From: Eledone cirrhosa
Taxonomy: Eukaryota
Direction of reading: 5' to 3'
Length of the DNA stretch: 64,000 nucleotides
NCBI GenBank assembly: GCA_964016885.1
Contig: OZ024741.1
Coordinates: 59,892,001-59,956,000, forward strand
Of this stretch, positions 54,898-64,000 are shown in pieces. A program made the translations under genes and the position numbers. A model generated the notes under the pieces. It was not told the origin of the DNA, did not search any database, and was given only the letters and a program-made list of their open reading frames with translations. Each line of letters opens with the position of its first letter. Within the stretch, counting starts at the first letter, position 1.

Positions 54898-55976
54898 AAC
54901 GCCATGGCATATAAATATCTTAACACTCCAGAGTTAATTTCCCCACAAAGAATGGAAGTAATTTTCTGAAAGAATGTAAGTTATTTACAGCTTTGAAGAG
55001 TCGTCACTTTAGCCATTTAAAAACACAAATGTGCTTACTTTATTTTGTATTTATTTATTGGTATCTAAATTCTCGCCGAGGATTTTGCGTTCTGTAAATA
55101 TATGATAAGTATGAAGTAAAGTTTACTTTTTGACATATACACGCAGTATTTGTTTAGTCTCTACACACAAGCTCCGGAGATGAAAGGGATTTGTGGATAA
55201 AAAATGAATGGGTTTTGGCAGTATTTAGATATAACGTTATATTGATGTAATTGTGCAGGATGAGTTGAGAGAAAAACTCAATAAAAGAGGAATAAAAGTA
55301 GCGTGCAAGAGAACAGACTGTACTGAAATGAACATTTGATGTGTATAAATGTTGAGAACTAGGTTAAATATACCTTTGTCAGATGATTGCTTAACCACAT
55401 GCAACATAATTTCACGAGCTGGCTGTTCGAGTTGTATGAACAAATGAGAAAGTCATCGTTGGAAACGACGAAGGTCCATTCAATTTCGTATCAAACTATA
55501 CATAAAAATTACATTGTATGTAAAAACTACTTAATAGAAAAGTGTTTTTATTATGGAAAAACGGTGTCTATATTGCCACAAAATAAATATTCAAATACTA
55601 TCTCATGTAACAACCATGATGTTTGGTTTTAAAACGTTAAAGCTGAAGTCATGTTTTCCAGAAATTCACTTTTAATAATCCCAGAGTGTACCAGCAAAAA
55701 TATACAATATACTAAGACATACATTGTATTATATACAGTATACTAATACATATATCGCATTATTTATAGTATCAGACTCCACAGAAAATTACATTTATAT
55801 GAAAACAATTTGAAATAAAAGTGCTTTTATTATGGAAAAACGATGACTATATTTCCACAAATAAATATTAAAATACCATCGCTGAGAATAAATTCGAATA
55901 AGGCTGATTCAATTAGATTACAGAACTGTAATGAAATATAATATCATATATATATATACATACACACACATACACA

Positions 55977-56028
<52 letters not shown>

Positions 56029-56809
56029 ATCTTTTGAAAACGTAGCTATTCAATAGATTAATAAATAAAAAAGACATTTAGGAAATTATTGTGAACAATA
56101 GTCCAAGATATTTATCACTCTAATGTTGTAATAAATACGTCTGAAAGGGAATCCAGCTGTTTAGTGCCGTTCAAAATTCCAAAGAAACCACTCAATCGTA
56201 CTTTGTGATAAATACATTTTTACTGTCATCACCATCACTATACTAGTACCATCGTAAATATCGTCATCATATCATCATCATTAATATCGTCATATTATAA
56301 TCCTCAACATAATGTTATCATCCGCATATTGTCACTGTCGAATTAATCATCAACGCAATTCATTTTTCTTATTTTTGTGCGGTAGTTCAATTATTTGCAG
56401 ATATGGCTCAATACATAAGTAATGCGTGGATATATATATGTATACGAGAGTGTGTGCTTTATTGAAAATACAACAGTGTTCAGTTTGATCAATTTTATTA
56501 AGGATTTTTCGGATTTCCTTAGTTCTTTGTAGTTAGTTTGAAATAATAGCATTTCTAAATCCATGTGTGAATTAACATTTCGAGACCTTCAGAGCCCCAA
56601 ATTCAGAATGAAAATGGTTATACTAGTGTTGTATTTGTCAAATGGTTATCAGTAGACGTAAAGTATAATGAGAATGGTAGGAAAAAATAAACACCTGATT
56701 TTAAATTTCACATCGGTTTAAGCAGAGCAGGTATAAATGGTCGCACGTGTTAAATAAGGCGTCAATAATGTTTAAATAGATCATGTTTAATGATGGCGTA
56801 TTTACATAT

Positions 56810-56940
56810 AATTGTTTCTACTTTAGGCACAAGGCCAGCAATTACCCAGTGCGTTACTGGTACTTTATTTTATCGACCCCGTAAGGGTGAAAGGCGAAGT
56901 TAACCTCGGCGGGATTTGAACTCAGACCATGGCGTCCGGT
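56810..56940 (-). mobile_element. SINE 3' part, same family as 41210
   Basis: Reverse complement of CTGAGTTCAAATCCCGCCGAGGTTAAC...GGCCTTGTGCCTAAAGTAGAAACAATT. Confidence 0.88.
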
Positions 56941-57212
56941 AATGGAAGCATAACGAGCTAGTAGTAAAAACGACTAGCATTAACAAAGTTTGGTCACGTT
57001 TAAAGGCGTAAGCGAACCCAAATACAATACGTTTATGTATAATAAACATATAGTTCTGCTGTGTTTTAAGCTGTTACATGATCACACTCACCTCAGTATC
57101 AGTGAATGGATGTTAGAAACGTGTTCCAATCTATCTTCACTAGACACTTACAAAAGGATACTGAGGTAACGAAGATATATCGTATATTCTCCCGAATGAA
57201 ACAGTTCTAGTC

Positions 57213-57240
<28 letters not shown>

Positions 57241-57243
<3 letters not shown>

Positions 57244-57356
57244 GGAACAAGTAAGACCCCGACGGCTGAGCTCAAGCCGTTTCGACGGCTAATTCTGGAC
57301 TGAATTAGCCGTCAAAACGGCTTGAGCTCAGCCGTCGGGGTCTTACTTGTTCCTAT
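57241..57356. repeat. 116-bp hairpin (55-bp arms, 1 mismatch, 6-nt loop) next to (TA)n
   Basis: 57241-57295 is the reverse complement of 57302-57356. Confidence 0.95.
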
Positions 57357-57463
57357 TACCCACTCTACTACCCTAAGTATTGAGTACTTTGGTGCGTTAT
57401 GGTCCACCTGGTTCCTTACCACTTTTCCTTCATTATATATACATATATATATATATATACATA

Positions 57464-57529
<66 letters not shown>

Positions 57530-57601
57530 CACACACTATTAAATATAAATATGTATATATTTATATATATATATATACATATTTATATTTATATGTGTGT
57601 G

Positions 57602-57667
<66 letters not shown>

Positions 57668-57671
57668 TATG

Positions 57672-57726
<55 letters not shown>

Positions 57727-57729
57727 ATA

Positions 57730-59451
<1,722 letters not shown>

Positions 59452-59629
59452 ATCTATGTATGTATATATGTATATATATATATATTTTAAATAGTTAAAC
59501 AAGATTCAATAAGTGTGTCAAAGAATGAGTTTTACAGTAGATTGGAAGCACTCTACAGCTATTATTTTCTAGAGTTATTAATATTAAAATACAAATATTA
59601 ATCAAATAGATGTTCTTTTGATCAGATAC

Positions 59630-59682
59630 ATTTTATTATACATATTTCAGATGTACAACTGTACGTCCTCATCAGACAAAAT
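59630..59682 (-). ncRNA. Minimal type I hammerhead ribozyme motif
   Basis: ATTTTGT-CTGATGA-GGACGTACAgtTGTACATCT-GAAA-TATGTA-TA-ATAAAAT: stem I, core, stem II, minimal stem III, AUA cleavage triplet. Confidence 0.75.
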
Positions 59683-59839
59683 ATAATGATACATGACATA
59701 CCCTGAGATGTTAAATGGTTAAGATTTAATCAAGGTAGTGATTAACCCAAGAAAAATTTAACATTTATATCCTAATAATTAGAAAATGCGAAAACGTAAT
59801 AAATTCAACAGAGAAAGTGCGAGTAAGAAAAACGTTGCT

Positions 59840-61900
59840 TAATGTAACAGTTATATAGATATTAAGATGTATGATACTATAATTTTTGAATAAAAAGGGG
59901 TAATAAGCTGAAGGAGATTTATTTTTGCCGAAAGTTAAACGGTTAATTTTGAAAATATTTAATTTATGGTATTATAAGGTGAAGTTTCGACATGTTGGTT
60001 GTATTTTTTTTAAATTGCTGGTTATTTATATATTAGTTTTATAAATTCTATAAGTGAGTTAACATTTCAAAGCTTCTGAATTTCATGTGGGTAACTTTTA
60101 TATGAATTAGCCTTTAATATTTATAGGAATTAGTCTTAATATTGCATTATCTTATAACTATCTATATAAGAAATAACGCTCGAATGAAAGGCACTTGTTC
60201 AATAACATGCTGAACATTTACACACATAACAATATATTACTAACTTTGATGAATACCATTATTTCTTTATTTCTTTATTTCTCTATCTCTCTATCTATCT
60301 TCCTTTCTAAGTTTTAAATTTTAGTTTAATATCCAACCCATATATTTTTAAGGATATTATTTACAACAGTGAATTTTTTAACGCGTTTTTTTATCTCTTA
60401 TTTATAATATATTATAATATGTACGTAATTATAATTTCTATATTTTTTTAAATATACCTACTGCATTTATATATCCAAGATTCAAATATAGAGCAAATAT
60501 CCAAACTATAAATTATAGACATTATCTTGAACTCTGAATTATCCATGCATTTTTTTTATTATTCTTTCTCTTATATACATATATGTATTTAACTTTAACA
60601 CGTAGAACTTTATTATATAAAATTGTAACCGTTATCATCTACCTAAAGTATACTGTACCATTAATACCTAATATATATCTATATATACCTCCCTATATAT
60701 TACTATATATCATTATTAGTTAACTGCTAAATTTTAATGTAACAGTTATATAGATATTAAGATGTATGATACTATAATTTTTGAATAAAGCGGGGTAATA
60801 AGCTGAAGGAGATTTATTTTTGCCGAAAGTTAAACGGTTACTTTTGAAAATATTTAATTTATGGTATTATGGGGTGAAGGTTCGAGATTTTTTTAATTTT
60901 TTTAAATTGCTGGTTATTTATATATTAGTTTTATAAATTATATAAGTGTGTTAACATTTCAAAGCTTCTGAATTTCATGTGGGTAACATTTATAGGAATT
61001 AGCTGGCCAACAGGAGTGAAAGTTTATACTGTTGATTAATTTCCTAAATGTAAACTTTAACGGAGATACTGCGCGTATTAGGTATGTAAAGCTTGTGAAT
61101 TACTTATTGTTAGAAATATTTAAATAACGATTATGTATATATTTATATAAATGAGAAAGTATATTTTAGGTAGATGATAACAAAATAATAGATTGATGCA
61201 TGTTAAGGTTAAATATACACCTATATATAAGAGGTTGTAAATGCATTAATTATTCTTAGTTCAGAGTAAATGTAATCAAGAAATTTAGAAGTTAACTAAA
61301 AATTTAGAAGTTAACTAAAAATTATATATAGTAATATATAGGGAGGTATATAAAGATATATATTTGGTATTAATGGTACAGTAAACTTTAGGTAGATGAA
61401 AACGGTTACAATTTTATATAAGTTCTACGTGTTACAGTTAAATACATATATGTATATAAGAGAAGGAATAATAAAAGAAATTACATGGATAATTCAGAGT
61501 TCAAGATAATGTCTATAATTTATAGTTTGGATATTTGCTCTATATTTGAATCATGCATATATAAATGCAGTAGGTATATTTAAAAAATATAAAAAATATA
61601 ATTACGTACATATTATAATATATTATAAGAGATCAAAAAACGCGTTAAAAAATTCACAGTTGTAAATAAGATCCTTAAAAATATATGGGTTGGATATTAA
61701 TCTAAAATTTAAAACTTAGAAAGGAAGATAGATAGAGAGATAAAGAAATAAAGAAATAAAGAAATAAAGAAATAATGGTATTGATCACAGTTAGTAAAAT
61801 AATGTTGTGTGTAAATGTTCAGCATGTTATTAAACAAGTGCCTTTCATTCGAGCGTTATTTCTTCTATAGATAGTTATAAGATAATGCAATATTAAAGGC
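59840..61900. repeat. About 270-bp direct repeat (59840-60110, 60735-61003) and about 600-bp inverted repeat (60136-60734, 61300-61897)
   Basis: Aligned by eye, for example GCTCGAATGAAAGGCACTTG versus CAAGTGCCTTTCATTCGAGC. Confidence 0.88.
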
Positions 61901-64000
61901 CATTAATGTTTTTCCCTGTTGATTATATATGTCTGACAACCAAGTTTTTAATTGTTTAATGCTAGACTCTTTTTTTTTCTCGTTTTGTGGGAGGCTAAGA
62001 ATGTGGATGTAGCTTTATGGTGGCAACTAGAGAATAATTCACTTTTTTGTTAATTAGGGTCTCATAGTTATTAATAATCAACAGGATCTCCATCCTACAG
62101 AGCGAGCAGTTATTTTATATACTAGAGTTGCGGTAAATTCCACAGTTACTAAGTTTTGTCCAAAGAATGGAGTATTTTTAATTTCTCTCTTTTAATGACC
62201 ATATGAGTTGTGATAAAGACGTGGACGATGTCCTCTTTGAGTTCGAGAACGAGCATTTATGGTTCGCAAATCTGGCTTTAAAAGTGGAAGAAGTGGATCC
62301 TATGTAGTTGTAAGTATTGTGATCAGTTTTTACGGTACATTTATAAACCAAACTACTATCTAAACAATAATTTTGCAAAGGGCAATCAGTTTTATTTCTA
62401 CAATTACATTTTGGTTTAGTATCATTTATGTTAGCTCTATTATTAAGGTCAATATCTTGGTTTCTTTTAGGATTTTATTGTTTAATTTGGCAATGCTTTG
62501 GGCCATGTTACAGGTTGTAGAATAGGAGAATTTAAGGTATGTCTGTTAAAAATGGAATGGTATTTATGTTGAGTAGGGAAAGAGGTGTCAAGAGCCTTAG
62601 AGAATAATTTTGCAATTGGTGTTTTAACTGCGACCGAAGCAGGGGGGGGGGGACGAACCATACGACTGATTTAGTTCTAGTTCGTATCCTCGATTTATTT
62701 GGCATATGGTTGTTTGAGTTATAATTATTAGAGTTTCGCTTATATATGTTATTATTTTTCTTAAGTATAATATTTGGATTATTATTATCTACATATTCTA
62801 TATTATTCGTATATCCTGCTCTTTTTAACGCGTTGTTGTAGTATTCAGCATTTTCATCGAATATATCTTTATTGGCTGATATTTTATTAATTCGCTTTTG
62901 CACACTATTGACTATAGCTTTTTTACAGATTTCGGGTAATTTGAATGGTTACTAACATAGTTTAAGTTTTCATTAGGCTTATGAAAAGGGTAATAGTAGC
63001 CAGTGTTTAAGTTAAATGTTACGTCTAGGAAATTAACTATTTTGGTACCATTTTCAACTTCTAATTTAAGGTCATACATTTTAAAGAATTCTATTATACT
63101 TTTGTTTATTCTATTTAGTTCTATATTGTTGTGTTTGACCACCGTAAATAAAATGGCGTCCCTATATAAACCACCGGTAATCTCAGGCAGTTTTCTATTT
63201 ATCATGTTTCATATGAAAATTCGCAGATCTGTGATTTGCGCGGAATCGGATGCACCCATAGTGATATCAAAGTTTCTATCTCTATCTGATCGTGTCCAGT
63301 ATTCGTTGTTGAAGTTAATAAGAGTTCTTCTGGCTGTTAGTATTATATTGATTTCATCTGTGATTATATCAGTATGCTTATAAGCATATGAAAAGCCTTA
63401 TTTAGGAGGGTAGGTGTTATGGAAGAATAGTAGCTAGTAATCTCCATCTGGATGAATTTATGTTTTTTTTTATCTTCTATATTATTGTACCATTCTATGA
63501 CTTCGTTTGTATCTTTCCATAAGCTCAAGTTAGATTTCAATTTAAGAGTGGGTAATATTCTATCTATGATGTTTTTACTGATTACTCCTATATCCGATTT
63601 CGATGGAGCAATCAGTCTAACTGGCATATCTTCCTTAATGTTTCTTTTATGATCCTTCAGGTTAATCCTCGGCTGTCTAGGTAAGAATGGCTCTGTTCTT
63701 CCTTCTATTCCTAAATTGGTAATTAATGTGTAGGCTTCTTCATTAATTTCAGTAAGATCTTCCGCCGGGGCTTTGTGGTAATTTTTCTAAGTTCGTTTAA
63801 AATCAAGTTGTTATATTCATCTTTGCTTATCACATATAAATTATTCGTTTTGACCGATTTAACCAATACTTTGTTAACATTTTTAATTTCAGTGATTTTA
63901 TCTTTTAGAGTTCTGAGGTATTGGTTACCGATATATGGGTTTTTCCTAAATTTGATTTTTTTATTATACCGAGCATTTCTGTTTCAAAAACCCCCAGAAA

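Larger units (their letters stand above)
59490..64000 (-). mobile_element. Penelope-like element (RT plus C-terminal GIY-YIG), decayed, with rearranged 3' region; runs off the window
   Basis: VRLIAPSKSDIG, FDITMGASDSAQITDL, GGLYRD, FLDVTFNL, CNCRNKTDC linker, VYKC..YIGST..FKARFANH; ends at (TA)n 59318-59485. Confidence 0.85.

Noticed and set aside
59905-59945. CTGAAGG...GAAA motif (repeated near 60803) as a hammerhead
   Set aside because: Core is not CTGANGA and stem II is unconvincing

Overview
AT-rich eukaryotic DNA made almost entirely of retroelements and microsatellites; no host gene can be supported. The SINE and microsatellite content resembles a cephalopod (octopus-like) genome, but that is inference. 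Contents: (1) a minus-strand head-to-tail train of L1/Tx1-clade LINEs separated by (GATA)n (0.9-12.5 kb); (2) decayed CR1-like, mariner and SINE relics plus several fold-back inverted repeats (14-23 kb); (3) a train of R4/Dong-like LINEs separated by (TAT)n (24-42 kb); (4) nested in that train, an RTE LINE with an intact 1039-aa ORF preceded by a 4.1-kb nearly homogeneous higher-order tandem array; (5) two plus-strand Tx1 copies in (TAT)n (42-52 kb), the first fused 5'-to-5' to a Dong fragment; (6) Penelope-like elements with inverted repeats and hammerhead motifs (57-64 kb). Best candidates for new biology: all five Tx1 ORF1 ends bury their stop codon (TAA, TAG or TGA) in a consensus 5' splice donor, with an acceptor-like site in each 3' UTR, suggesting a spliced ORF1-only RNA; the RTE's 5' higher-order array; a SINE sharing its 3' end with the Tx1 LINEs; and the Dong/Tx1 head-to-head chimera. 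All alignments were done by eye, so boundaries are approximate.
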